Below, one piece after another: positions 1 to 13,071 of a stretch of 64,000 bases of DNA (the first letter of the stretch is position 1; every line of letters begins with the position of its first letter). Below the pieces are notes generated by a model, which was given only the letters and a program-made list of their open reading frames with translations, was not told the DNA's origin and made no database searches. The stretch covers positions 65,466,258 to 65,530,257 of the forward strand of contig NC_090388.1 in NCBI RefSeq assembly GCF_036365525.1, in the 5' to 3' direction. Source of the stretch: Heterodontus francisci (taxonomy: Eukaryota). The position numbers were made by a program, and so were the translations under genes.

Positions 1-130
1 TTTCCTACATTACAACAGTGACTACATTGCAAAAGTGCTTCATTAAAGTACTTCATTTATTTTGGTAAAGTGCTTGGGCCATTCTGAGGTCATGATCGAT
101 GTTATATAAATGCAAGTTCTTTCTTTTCTT
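1..130 (+). mobile_element. 3' tail of DeuSINE-type SINE (truncated by window edge)
   Basis: TTTCCTACATTACAACAGTGACTACA...TATATAAATGCAAGTTCTTTCTT resembles the 3' tail of the DeuSINE group (AmnSINE1/SacSINE1). The same tail occurs on the minus-strand copy at about 48075. Confidence 0.7.
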
Positions 131-976
131 TGTCAAGCTAAAGGTATGGATGTTTGTAGCATTGCTACCTCAAGTTATTGTGCCGATGTGTCACCAGTGT
201 GGTAGGATCAATGTAAAGGAGGGACCATAAAAGCCACTTCAAACAACACATTTGGCCAGGTCAACATGGTTACTGCACACCAAAGATGGTTTTGTTTTCT
301 GAAAACTCTGCTTTTTTAAGGTCCTGATGGTTTTTGAGGAAAGCCTCCCAGTTTAGGTTTGGACGTCATATCAAGAAAAATCTTTATTCAACTGGTGGAA
401 TATCTTAAACTCTGTTTCCTCTTTACTTTCTAAAGATCAGGGAAGACAGCTCTGAAATCAGGAATTTGACGGCAGCAGCCAGAAGGCTCCAAGACCCAAA
501 GATCTGCTTGGATAGGAGAGAAAACATAACTTAGGGCTCCGGTTTCACTAAGCTGTCGTTCACACCAGGCCTTCCCATTGGAGGGGATTTCCATTGCAAA
601 CCCAATGCCATTTTTGGGAAACCCTTGTATCTGGGTGCCTTATGGCCACAAGTCCAAGGAAAAACATGTCAAGGGAAGTCCCCTCTTCCCACATGTACAT
701 GCCATTGCTGGGCCTGTGCCTTACTGCAGGCACAAACTCAGCTCTATGCCCCAGGGTAACTCAAGGAATTATGTGGCAAGACAAAGGGGGCCAAAAGCAC
801 CTTATTATGGGACATTGTCCCTTATTCCTAACCTTTATGTCATCTCCACTGCTCTCAAGAATTTCAAGGGAAAAAGTTTGGAATCACTGTTTCACAGCTG
901 CATAACAGCTGACAGTTTAAATGGCATGATACCCCCCTCACATAACCCTGACTCCAGACAACATTGACCTATATCA

Positions 977-3900
977 GAATCATGGAATAATACAGCATAG
1001 AAGGTGGCCATTCAGCCCATCATAGCTGTGTCAGGTCTTTCAAAGAGCTTTCCAATTAGTCCCTCTCCTTTCCCCAAAGCCCTGCAAATTATTCTCCTTG
1101 AGTATATATCCAATTTCCTTTTGGATGTTATTATTGAAGCTGCTTCCACTGCCATTTCAGGCAGTGCTTTCCAGATCATAACAACTTGCTTCAGAAAAGA
1201 AATTCTCAGCTGGTCTCTGGTTCTTTTGTCAATTACCTTAAACGGGTGTCCTCTGGTTTCTGACTCACAATATCAAAACCTTTCATGATTTTGAACATCT
1301 CTATCAAATCTTCCCTGCTGTAAAGGAGAACAACCCCAGCTTCTCTGGTCTCACCACATAACTGAAGTCCTGCATCCCTGGCACCATTCTAGTAAATATC
1401 CTCTACATCTCTCAGGCCTTGACATCCTTCCTAAAGTGTGGTGCCCAGAAGGGCACACGATACTTCACCTGGTACCTAAACAGTGATTTATATAGCTTTA
1501 TCATAATTTCCTTACTTATTGTACTCCATGGCTCTATTTATAAAGCTAAGGATCCCTCTCAGCTTGTCCTGCTATCTAAGACTTGTGTTCGTATACCCCC
1601 AGGTTTCTGCTCCTGCACCCCCTTTAAAATTGTACCATTTAGTTCATATTGCCTCTCCTCATTCGTCCTACCAAAATGCATCACTTCATATTTCCCTGTG
1701 TTAACTTGCATCTGCCACGTGCCTCTCCATTTCACCAGTTTATCTATGTCCTCCTGAAGGCTGTTACAATTCTCCCCACTGTTTACTGCATTTCTGAGTT
1801 TTGTGGCATCTGCAAATTTTAAAATTATGCCCTATATACCCAAGTCCAGGTCATCAATTTTTTTTAAGAGTCTTTTACGGCATAGAAGGAGGCCATTCAG
1901 CCCATTGAGTCCATGTTGGCTCTCCACGAAGCTATGCAGTCAGTCCCACTCCCCGACTGGATCCCCACAGCCCTGCAAGCCTATTTCTCTCAGGTGACCA
2001 TCCAACTTTTTCTTGAAGTAATTGATCATCTCCGCTTCCACCTCCCTCATAGGCAGCATGTTCCAGGGCATTAAAACAAGTTAAAAAAGTGCTTCCTCAT
2101 ATTCCCCCTGTATCTTTTGCCCAATACCTTCAATCTGTGTTGTCGAGTCCTTGTATCGTTTGTTAATGGGAACAGCTTTTCCTTGTCTAACTTATCTAAG
2201 CCTATCATAATCTTGTTTCTATTAAATCTCCCCTCAGTCTCCTTTGTTCTAAGGAGAAAATCCCCAGCTTTTTCAATCTAACTTTGTAACTAAAATCCCT
2301 CATCCTTGGAACCATTCTAGTAAATCTCCTCTGTTTCCTCTCAAGGACCCTCACATCCTTCCTAAAGTGTGGTGATCAGAACTGAGCGCAGTATTCCAGA
2401 TAGGGCCTAACCAGAGCTTTATAAAGGTTCAGCATAACGTCCCTGCTTTGTACTTAATGCCTCTATTTATAAAGCCCAAGATCCCACATGCTTTCCTAAC
2501 CACTCTCTCAATATGTTCTGCCACCTTCAAAGATCGATGCACATGCACCCCCAGGTCCCTCTGTTCGTGCACACTCTTTAGAACTATGCCATTAAGTATA
2601 TATTGCCTCTCCCTATTCCTTCTGCCAAAATGCATCACCTCACACTTGTCAGTATTAAATTCCATCTGCCACCTCTCTGCCCATTCTGCTAGCGCATCTA
2701 TGTCCTGTTGCAGGCAATTCATATCATTCTAACTGTTTGCCTCACCTCCAAGTTTGGTATCATCAGCAAATTTTGAGATTCTACTCTGTATTCCAAGATC
2801 CAAGTCATTTGTATATAGCAAAAAAAAAGTGGTCCAAGCACTGACCCTTGGAGAACACAACTGTCTGCCATCCTCTCGTCTGAAAAGCAACTCTTTACTA
2901 CAACTCGCTGTTTTCTGTCCTTAAGCCAATTTTTTATCCAATTGGATACTGACCCTCCTATTCCATGAGCCTCAATTTTGTTAATCAGCCTTTTATGTGG
3001 TACATTATCAAATGCTTTCTTAAAATCCATATCAACAACATCCATCACATTCCCTTCATCAACCTTCTCTGTTACTTCATCAAAAAATTCAATTGGATTA
3101 GTCAAGCATGATCTGCCTTTTACAAATCCATGCTGGCTATCTTTAATTAACTTGAACCTCTCTAAGTGTCTGTTGATATTTTCCCTGATTATTGCTTCTA
3201 AAACCTTATCCACCACTGATGTTAAACTAACTGGCCTGCAATTGCTAGGACTGTCTTTACACTCTTTCTTGAATAAGGGTGTCACATTTGCCACTCTCCA
3301 ATCCTCTGGCACCATCCCCGTATCCAGGGAAGATTGGGAGATTATGGCAAGCCCTTCCTCTATCACCATCCCTACTTCCTTTAGCAAACTGGGATGCAAG
3401 CCATCTGGACCAGGTGACTTATCAATCCTAAGCATAACCAACCTTTTTAGTACCTCCCCCTTCTCAATTTTTATCCTATCCATTGCCTCTACTCTCTCTG
3501 CTTCTACATATATTTAGTCAGTCTCCATTTCCTCAGTAAACATTGATACAAAGTACTCATTAAGAATATTAACACTTGCCCCGCACCTTTAAGCATATAT
3601 TACCCTCTCTGTCCCTAATAGGTACCACTCCTCCTCTTATTACTCGCTTACTATTTACATGCTGGTAGAAGATCTTTGGGTTCCCTTTTATGTTGATTGC
3701 CATTCTATTTTCATATTCTCTCTTTGCCAGTTTTATTTTCTTCTTCACCTCCCCTCTCAACTTGTATATGGCCTGGTTCTCACTTAATGAGTTCACCTGA
3801 CATGCATCATACACCCTCTTTTTTTGTACCATCATCATCGCTATCTCCCTCGCCAACCAAGGAGTCCTGTTCTTGGTTCTCCGACCTTTCACCCTTGTTG

Positions 3901-5505
3901 AAATGTTCCTAGCCTGTACCTGAAGCATTTTTTCCTTAAAGATACCCTCGCTAGATCCCTTTTCATCACATTGAAATTAGCCCTCTTCTAATCTAGCCGT
4001 TCTACCCTACATCGTTCCTTGCTTTTCTGCATTACTAGTCTAAACCTTATGATATGATTATCACTCAAACCAAGTGCTCCCCCACAGGCACTTGGCCCAC
4101 CTCATTTCCCAGCACCAGATCCAGCAATGCCTCTCTTCTAGTTGGGCTGAGAACACACTGATCAAAGAAGTTCTCCTCAGCACATTTGAGGAATTCCTCC
4201 CCCTCCTTACCCTTTATGCTAAAATGATCCCAATCAATATTTGGGTAATTGAAGTCCCCCAATATCACCACTCTATAGTCTTTGCACATCTCTGTGATTT
4301 CCCTGCAGATTTGCTCCTCTAGCTCCCTCTTACTATTTGGAGGCCTATACAACACCCCAGTAGCATGATCATACCCTTTTTGCGCCTCAACTGTAACCAA
4401 AAGGATTCTGTCCTTTTCCCTTCAAGGACATCCTTTCTTTCCAGAACTGCAATGTCTTCCCTAATCAGGGCTGCTACCCCACCTCCCTTTTTTCCTTCTC
4501 GATCTTTTCTGAGCACTTTATGTCCTTGTATATTAAACACCCAGTCCTCGCCATTTTTAAGCCATATTTCCGTTATTGTCACTACATCATAACCCCATGC
4601 CACTATTTCTGCTTGTAGCTCACCAACCTTATACCACACTTTGTGCATTTACACACATGTATTGTAATCCTGTCCTTGCATTCCTTCTCAGTCCATTCCC
4701 ATCTAGTACAGAACTGCTCCCTTCTCTAGTACTGTCTAACACTCTCAATCTGACTCCATCTAATACTTTGGTGTTTCCTACTCTAGTGTTATCTGTCTCT
4801 TCCAATTCTCTCTGCACTTTGGTATTCCTCTGTTGTATGATCTCCTGGTTCCCACACCCCTGCCAAGTTAGTTTAAACCTCCCCAATAGCACTAGCACAT
4901 CGCCCCTCAAGGAAATTTGTCCCAGCTCTGTTCAGACGCAACCCGTTGGCCTGTACAAGTCTCACCTTCTCCAGAACTGGTCTCAGTGCCCCAGGAATCT
5001 AAAGCTCTCCCTCCTACACTATCTTTCTAGCCACGCATTCATCTGCACTATCCTCCTATTTCTATACTCACATGGGCATGGTACTGGGAGTAATCCGGAG
5101 ATCATTACTTTTGAGGTCCTGCTTGCTAATTTCTTACCTGGCTCACTAAACTCCTTCTGCATGACCACATCCCTCTTCCTACCTATGTCGTTGGTACCAA
5201 TGTAGACCATGACTGCTGGCTGTTTACACTCCCCTATCAGAGTGTTCTGCAGCTGACATTCTTGACCCTGGCACCAGGGAGGCAACACACCATCCTGGAT
5301 TCATCTCTATGGCCACAGAAGCACCTGTCTGTTCCTCTGACAAAAATAGTAGTTGTCCTAATACCAACTCCTCAGGAGACACAAATGTATATATCCCTCC
5401 AATGTAAAAAACAACTGTGCACCACTTCCTGCTTTCTATCCCTGAGTTAATTTCATATTCATGCTGCCACTACCCATTGAATCTCAGGTGCTTCAATTTG
5501 CTAAC
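977..5505 (-). mobile_element. Older CR1 LINE 3' fragment (977-1857 and 5341-5505), split by a younger CR1
   Basis: Degenerate CR1 RT C-terminus and 3' UTR. The sequence ending CCAAGTCCAGGTCATCAAT (~1857) resumes as CAAAAATAGTAGTTGTCCTAATACC (~5341). Confidence 0.7.
1860..5340 (-). mobile_element. CR1 LINE, long degenerate copy (ORF1 esterase part, APE endonuclease, RT, 3' UTR)
   Basis: Minus-strand fragments: VMVYIGTNDIG (SGNH esterase ORF1), GGGVAALIRE and VILGDFNYPNIDW (endonuclease), KSPGPDG/PEDWRVANVTPLFKK/SQHGFVKGRSCLTN/DFKKAFD (RT), WQMEFNTDKCEVMHFG. Many frameshifts and stops. Confidence 0.92.
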
Positions 5506-6339
5506 ATTATAAAGTATTAAAGAAGTTAGTTAAGCTGAAGGAGGAAATAGTGCCAGAACCTTATGGGATACATTTGAGAATCTTGACAGCAATGGGGATG
5601 AAATAGGAAAGGCCCTAGAAATTTGATTTCAGAGTCCTATTGAGAGTGGATGTGTGCTTGAATACTGGATAATTTATGAGCTGTTTGCTTTAACATCTAT
5701 GAATGTTAATTTTTGGAATCTTCAGTTAAAGATGAAATCACTAAATGTCTAAAAGGATGAAGAACTTAGAATGTCATTATTTTTAAGACAATTCAGTCCC
5801 TATCCTCCCAATTCACCACTGGCCTGTGTCCTTCCCACCCACCTTGGACCCAACATGTGACTGCCCTACCAGATCCTAACCCATCACCCCACCTCCAACA
5901 TATTCCCACCTCACTTCCATATCACTGCACATGTCTTAGGTCTGTTCTCAGCTCGAAGTCATATTTTTAAAGTGCTAAAATCAGCTGATAACATATTTTC
6001 AAATTTTGTCATGTGCTTGTCATTCAGATACCTGACTTCCTGAGATGAGATCAGATCAGAGTACCGCTGAAGATAAAGCCAACATATCTGTAAGAGATAC
6101 CTAGCCTGCGATATTGACACCCTTTGCGACTCTGCTGGTTGGGTCTCTTCCTTGCAGTCACAGTATTGTTACTGCTCTCATTCCTCTCTGGCTGCTGACT
6201 TACATCAAACCCTGTGGCTCTAAAAGCAGATGCTGTGCTCTTTGACTTCTTGGCAGCCCAGACAAGACATAGCAATATATCACCAGCCTGCAAATTGCTG
6301 GGTGACTGCTCACCAAGTCCCAGAACATTGATTAGTCCA

Positions 6340-6690
6340 CCTGGATTCCTGACTGGCTCACAGCCCTGGGCCACAGGAACCAGACATCACTGGATGCCAG
6401 ACCAGCACACAGCCCCAGGGACCCAGATATCCCTGGACCCCTGACTGGCACACAGCCCTGAGCCACAGGGACCCAGACATCCTTGGGCCCCTGACTGGCA
6501 CAGCCCCTGGCCACAGGGACCCAGTTTTCCCTGGACCCCTGAATGGCACAAAGCCCCAAGCCACAAGCACCCAGATATCCCTGGACCCCAGACTGGCACA
6601 AAGCCCCAGGTCACAGGGGCCCCAGACTAACAGACAGCCTCGTGCCGCAGAGACCCAGATATCCCTGGACTGACACACAGCCCCGCGCCA
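6340..6690. repeat. GC-rich minisatellite, ~50-bp unit, ~6-7 degenerate copies
   Basis: Recurrent unit CCCTGGACCCCTGACTGGCACACAGCCCTGAGCCACAGGGACCCAGATAT, with internal deletions in some copies. Confidence 0.85.
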
Positions 6691-6779
6691 GATATATCTG
6701 GGCCCCGAAGATGTGGACAATCCCAAAGCAGCGATCTTGACCACAAACACCATAGGCTTGAACGAGACACTGGACCATG

Positions 6780-7055
6780 ATTGAGCCCGATCCGAGGGGA
6801 ATGTGACACAGATATGCCCCACGGGGCCGACGGGCAGGCCCAAGGCCTGGGATTTGCTGACCTCTGGCTCCGAGCCCTAGTTCCTACCTGCGGCCGCCGA
6901 CCATGTCCGGAGCTCCCCGCAGCAAAGCTGTTGTCAGCGGCGCCTTGGCAACCGCCGCCGCACTGGTGCGCGTGCGCCAGGACGCTGCGCCTGCGCAGTA
7001 CTGACACGTTCCCCATTGTGAAGCTGAGCACGTTCTGAAACTGCAGTCGTCGTCA
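6780..7055 (-). promoter_or_regulatory. CpG island; probable promoter and first exon of a minus-strand gene (IQUB by synteny)
   Basis: High CpG density. NRF1-like TGCGCCTGCGCA at 6986-6997. RFX X-box-like GGCGCCTTGGCAAC at 6939-6952. Minus-strand donor CAG|GTAGG with exon end at 6888. No IQUB coding sequence was recognised in the window. Confidence 0.55.
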
Positions 7056-7264
7056 GGAATTATACCTTCTCCACAGTGAATTACTCTGATGCCATTCAGC
7101 CCGCCATACCTGTGCCAGCTCTTTGAAAAAAATAACTTACATTTGTAAAGTTTGCAACTTTGAAAGTGGTGTTTAATTTAGTCCGACATCCCATTCCCCA
7201 TAATCTTGCAAATTCATCCTCTGCGAGGAAACGATGCAATGGCAACACGCGGAAAAGCTTTTTT

Positions 7265-10200
7265 ATAGAACATATAGAACATAGAACAGTACAGGCCCTT
7301 CGGCCCACGATGTTGTGCCGAACCTATCCAAGAGTCGCTTAAATGCCCCGAATGTATCTGCTTCTACTACCACTGCTGGCAGTGCATTCCACGCACCCAC
7401 CACTCTCTGTGTAAAGAACCTACCTCTGACATCTCCCCGAAACCTTCCTCCAATCACCTTTAAATTATGCCCCCTGGTGATAGCCCTTTCCACCCTGGGA
7501 AAAAGTCTCTGACTATCCACTCTATCTATGCCTCTCATCATCTTGTACCCCTCTATCAAGTCACCTCTCATCCTTCTTCGCTCCAATGAGAAAAGCCCTA
7601 GCTCCCTCAATCTTTCTTCGTAGGACATGCCCTCCAGTCCAGGCAACATCCTGGTAAATCTCCTCTGCACCCTCTCTAAAGCTTCCACATCCTTCCTATA
7701 ATGAGGCGACCAGAACTGAACACAATATTCCAAGTGTGATCGAACCAGGGCCTTATAGAGCTGCAGCATAACCTCGCGGCTCTTAAACTCAATCCCCCTG
7801 TTAATGAAAGCCAACACACCATATGCCTTCTTAACAACCCTATCAACTTGGGTGGCAACTTTGAGCGATCTATGGACATGGACCCCAAGATCCCTCTGTT
7901 CCTCCACACTACCAAGAATCCTGTCTTTAAGCCTGTATTCCGCATTCAAATTCGACCTTCCAAAATGAATCACTTCACACTTTTCCAGGTTGAACTCCAT
8001 CTGCCACTTCTCAGCCCAGCTCTGCAACCTACAACAGCCTTCCACACTATCCACAACTCCAGCAACCTTCGTGTCATCGACAAACTTGCTAACCCAGCCT
8101 TCCACTTCCTCATCCAAGTCATTTATAAAAATCACAAAGAGCAGAGGTCCCAGAACAGATCTTTGTGGAACACCACTGGTCACCGAGCTCCATGCTGAAT
8201 ACTTTCCATCTACTACCACCCTCTGACTTCTATGGGCCAGCCAATTTTGTATCCAGACAGCCAACTTTCCCTGAATCCCATGCCTCCTTACTTTCCCCTA
8301 CCATGGGGAACCTTATCAAACGCCTTGCTAAAATCCATATACACCACATCCACTGCTCTTCCTTCATCAATGTGTTTTGTCACATCTTCAAAGAATTCAA
8401 TAAGGCTTGTGAGGCATGACCTGCCCCTCACAAAGCCATGCTGACTATCTCTAATCAAACTATGCTTTTCCAAATAATCATAAATCCTGTCTCTCAGAAT
8501 CCTCTCCAATAATTTGCCCACTACTGACGTAAGACTGACTGGTCCATAATTCCCAGGGTTATCCCTATTCCCTGTCTTGAACAAGGGAACAACATTTGCC
8601 ACCCTCCAATCATCCGGTACTACTCCAGTGGACAGTGAAGACGCAAAGATCATCGCCAAAGGCGCAGCAATCTCTTCCCTCGCTTCCCGTAATATCCTTG
8701 GGTATATCCAGTCTGGCCCCGGGGACTTATCTGTCCTCATATCATTCAAAATTTCCAGCACATCCTCCCTCTTAACCCCAACCTGTTCGAGCATATCAGC
8801 CTGTTTCACGCTGTCCTCACAAACGACAAGGTCCCTCTCACTAGTGAATACTGAAGCAAAGTATTCATTTAGGACCTCCCCTACCTCCTCCGACTCCAGG
8901 CACAAGTTCCCTCCACTATCCTTGATCGACCCTACCCTCACTCTGGCCATCCTCTTGTTCCTCACATAAGTGTAGAACGCCTTGGGATTTTCCTTAATCC
9001 TACCCGCCAAGGCTTTTTCATGCCCCCTTCTAGCTCTCCTGAGTCCATTCTTCAGTCCCTTCCTGGCTACCTTGTAACCCTCAAGAGCCCTGTCTGATCC
9101 TTGCTTCCTCAACCTTAAGTAAACTTCCTTCTTCCTCGTGACTAGCTGTCCCACATCTCTTGTCATCCAAGGTTCCTTCACCCTACCATCCCTTCCTTGC
9201 CTCATCGGGACAAACCTATCCAGCAGCAAGTGCTCCCTAAACAACCTCCACATTTCTGTCGTGCGTTTCCGAGAACATCTGTTCCCAATTTATGCTCCTC
9301 AGTTCCTGCCTAATAGCATTGTAATTTCCCCTCCCCCAATTAAATATTTTCCCATCCCGTCTGCTCCTGTCCCTCTCCATGACTACAGTAAAGGTCAGGG
9401 AGTTGTGATCACTATCACTGAAATGCTCTCCCACCGATATATCTGCCACCTGGCCTGGTTCGTTGCCAAGCACCAAGTCCAACATAGTCTCCCCTCTAGT
9501 CGGCCTATCTACATATTGAGTCAGGAAACCTTCCTGGAGACACCTGACAAAAACTGCTCCATCCAAACTATTTGCACTAAGGAAGTTCCAATCAATATTA
9601 GGGAAGTTGAAGTCACCCATAACAACAACCCTGTTACTTCTGCACCTTTCCAAAATCTGCCTCCCAATCTGTTCCTCCATGTCTCTGTTGCTATTGGAGG
9701 GGTCTACAGAAAACTCCCAACAAAGTGACTGCTCCTTTCCTGTTTCTGACTTCCACCTATAATGACTCAGTAGACAAACCCTCCTCGACAACCTCCCTTT
9801 CTGCAGCTGTGATACTATCCCTGATTAGCAATGCCACTCCCCCACCTCTTTTACCTCCCTCCCTATTCCTTTTAAAACATCTAAACCCCGGAACATCCAA
9901 CATCCATTCCTGCCCCTGTGATATCCACGTCTCCGTAATGGCCACATCGTAGCTCCAAGTACTGATCTATGCTCTAAGTTCATCACCCTTATTCCTGACA
10001 CCTCTTGCGTTAAAATAGACACACTTCAACCCATCATACTGGCTGCAACTTTGCCCTGTCAACTGTCTAACCTTCCTCACAGACTCTCTGCACTTGGTAT
10101 CTGCTTGTTCAACAGCTACCCCATCCACTGATCCGTAGCTCCGGTTCCCATCCCCCTGCCAAACTAGTTTAAACCCTCCCGAAGAGCTCTAGCAAACCTC

Positions 10201-10402
10201 CCGCCCAGGATATTGGTGCCCTCCAGTTCAGATGCAACCCTTCCTTCTTGTACAGGTCCCACCTTCCCCAGAAGGTATCCCAATGATCTACATATCTGAA
10301 TCCCTCCCTCCTGCACCAGTTCTGTAGCCACGTGTTCAGCTGCACTCACTCCCTGTTTCTAGCCTCACTAGCACGTGGCACCGGTAACAATCCTGAGAAT
10401 AC
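7265..10402 (-). mobile_element. CR1 LINE, young 5'-truncated copy (end of ORF1, EN, RT, tail)
   Basis: ORFs 9237-9791 (GDFNFPNIDW), 8288-9253 and 7263-8264 (GVPQ.SVLGP, KFVDDTK, HLEYCVQFWSP). 3' tail of TCTATGT-type repeats at about 7265-7288. Confidence 0.95.
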
Positions 10403-10519
10403 TATGCAGCAATTTAGGATCTGGTTGAACAACTTAAAACACTATTGGGTCCTGCTGTGGTCTGCTAAAACTGCTCATAATTCCCGGATCAGCCTGGAAT
10501 GCAAAGATAACCCATAACT

Positions 10520-11480
10520 TCTTTCCTGCAAACCGTCTTATTAAATTCCTCTTCCCTGTCTGCTCCAACAGTAAGTGTGAGGAGCTCATGGACTTTGGTC
10601 ACTAAGATCAAGAACATCCAATCAACTGCTTTTGGCACGTCCTTCCATTACACGAGCCCATCCAGCCAAACTTCCTCCAATGCTCCCTCCTGCCTTAGCC
10701 CTGAACTTGCAACCCTCTCTAAGTTTCTCTCCTATCTCCCCTCATGTATTCTCTGAGCTCATCTTGTCTATGAGACCTACCTCCTGCTCCCTTGATCCAG
10801 TCTATGTGATCATGAAAAAGGTAAATTTTCCCTCCTCGTCCTTCTCAACCTATCTGCAGCCTTTGACACAGTTAACCACACCATACTCCTCCAACACCTC
10901 TCCACTGTCATCCAGCTGGGTGGGACTGCTCTCACCTGGTTCCATTCTTACCTATTTTATCGGAGCTAGAGAATCACTTGCAATAGTGTCTGTTCCTGCT
11001 CCCACATTGTTACCTCTGCTGTCCCCAAAGCATCTTTCCTTGGCCCCCTTATGTCTCAGCTACATGCAGCCTCTTGGTGATATCATACAAAAGCACCGCG
11101 TTACTTTTCACATGTAGGCTGACAACCAGACCTCATCACCACCTCTCTCAACTGTTCCACTGTTGCTGAACTACTGGATGAGCAGGAATTTCCTCCAATT
11201 AAATATTGGGAAGCCTGAAGCCATCGTTTTCAGCCCTGCTCCAAACTCCATTCCCTAGCTACTGACTCCATCCCTCTCTCTGGCAACAGTCTGAGATTAA
11301 GCCAGTTAACATCGAGGGCCGAAGGGCCTGTACTGCGCTGTAATGTTCTATGTTCTGTTCGCAACCTTGGTTTCACATTTAACCCTGACAGAGCTTCCAA
11401 CCACATATTCGCACCATCACTAAGAGCACCCATTTCTACATCCACAACATCGACTGACTGCACCCGTCTCAGCTCATTCA
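10520..11480 (+). mobile_element. L2-clade LINE RT fragment, with a ~50-bp CR1/HE1 3' tip inserted at ~11310-11358
   Basis: Degenerate L2 motifs ([19 protein letters not shown]-like, FHM*ADN). The insert reads GGGCCGAAGGGCCTGTACTGCGCTGTAATGTTCTATGTT. Confidence 0.7.
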
Positions 11481-12969
11481 GGGATCTGTGGACATTCAAT
11501 CCAAGGCTCCTCACTTCTCAGTATTTTCCCATTAATCATGTATTAAATCTTCCATCACAAAGCCCATTTGGTTCTTTCTTCGATGCATGCTCATGCATCT
11601 ATCCTTCTGCAGCCTGTTTAAACTTCCTTGGTATGGAAGATTGAAAATAAGCTTGCTCGATATTCACTTGCATACTTTACACTCTTGAATAATGCTATGA
11701 ACTGTAAAACTTTGTACTGTTGGTAGCTAATTATTATTAATTACTGTGCAGCTTTTCAGGAAATCATTTAAACATGCTAGTCCAGGCTTCCCCATTGCTC
11801 AACCAAAGTATGAGCAATTGAATCACACAGATCAGGAAGTTCCCAAATTTGACCCCTCATCTGTATGCAATTGAATAGCCTCAGGTAGGTGGGTGTTATG
11901 GCTGCTACAATTGGTCTCAAACCAGGGGGAGGGAATACAGAAGCAGTATAAAATGATTAAGGGGGGAGGGGAAGAGAAGGTTCAGTGCAGGCCCCAGTGC
12001 CCAATTTCCTCCACAGGTGCAACAGCTGGAAAATTGACAGCCAGTGACTTCTAAGTGCCTGTGACACATGCCTAAACAGGTGCTATCTCCATAAGTATGT
12101 TAATCAGAGGTCTAGCACCCCAACACCAAACTGGGCGCAGAAGAACAGGTACGTTTTTTGGTTTTCACTTATCTTAATTTGTAGTTAGAGAGATGGACTG
12201 CCCCTCCTGGCTCCACCGCAATTCTTCCCACTTCTGTCACCCCCATTGTACCAGGACATACCCATGGGCCAGCACGACATCCAAGCGGGACAATTTTGGG
12301 GAGGCCCAGAAGAGTGAGCTGCATTTGAAAGTCCAGTGCTGCCCGGAACTCACTGGTTTGATGGAAATGTGGCTCAATTTGGAGTAAGCCATGGACCTCC
12401 ACCTTTAGGTGTGCATCCGCAACATTTCACAAATTTAGGGATGGTTCCCAACAATAACCCAATTTCTCCCCCAGCATCTCTAGGTAAGGGAGAGGAAAAG
12501 GGGGAAGAGGCAGGATTCCTCCCTTACATTATTCGGCGATCCCTCCTTTAAGTGCACCTGGATGTTGAGTGAGGCCAGGATTGGGTTTGTCTGCAATGCC
12601 CTCCATGGTTAACAACAGCAGACACTCACTGTCCAGCTCATTCAATGACAACTTGGTCAAAACACCAGAGGGAAACTGGTATTCACATCTCAGCAAGAGG
12701 TCAATGCCTTGATGTGATGAAGTGAGGAGAGCACAAGGGGAACAAACTGGCAGGAAGAAGGAAAATACTGCTTCACAACAAAGATGATTCTGTTATGTAC
12801 ACAGAAATAAAAAGGTGCATTATAGCTCACATCAGATATTACAGCATGGCAAAGTTTAAAATGGTGCAAAGAATGTTTCAAAGAATCATTTTAATAATAT
12901 CTATACAGCTTGGAATTGACAGGAAAGACAGTATGGTTTGCCAAATAAAGCAGTGCAATTTGCTTAAGT

Positions 12970-13071
12970 TTAAACTGGCCACTTCCATTGGTTGTGAGGG
13001 GCTTCATCTATTAACGGCTCCCAAGGTTTCCACTTGGCCATTTTATACGCCAGAGCAAGTTCACTCTCAGC
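12970..13071 (-). CDS. NDUFA5: NDUFA5 coding exon 5 (last)
   Basis: Acceptor ttacag. Encodes [33 protein letters not shown] followed by TAA. Confidence 0.97.
   Translation of the reverse strand, partial: AESELALAYKMAKWKPWEPLIDEAPHNQWKWPV

Noticed and set aside
6051-6374. 107-aa minus ORF as an IQUB coding exon
   Set aside because: No recognisable similarity, and the other frames have stops.
6340-6690. Tandem array as a CRISPR-like locus or repeat-protein gene
   Set aside because: Units are contiguous with no unique spacers, the 50-bp unit is not a multiple of 3, and the context is vertebrate.
2448-9952. Plus-strand ORFs opposite the CR1 copies
   Set aside because: They are antisense shadows of CR1 ORF2, with no independent coding evidence.
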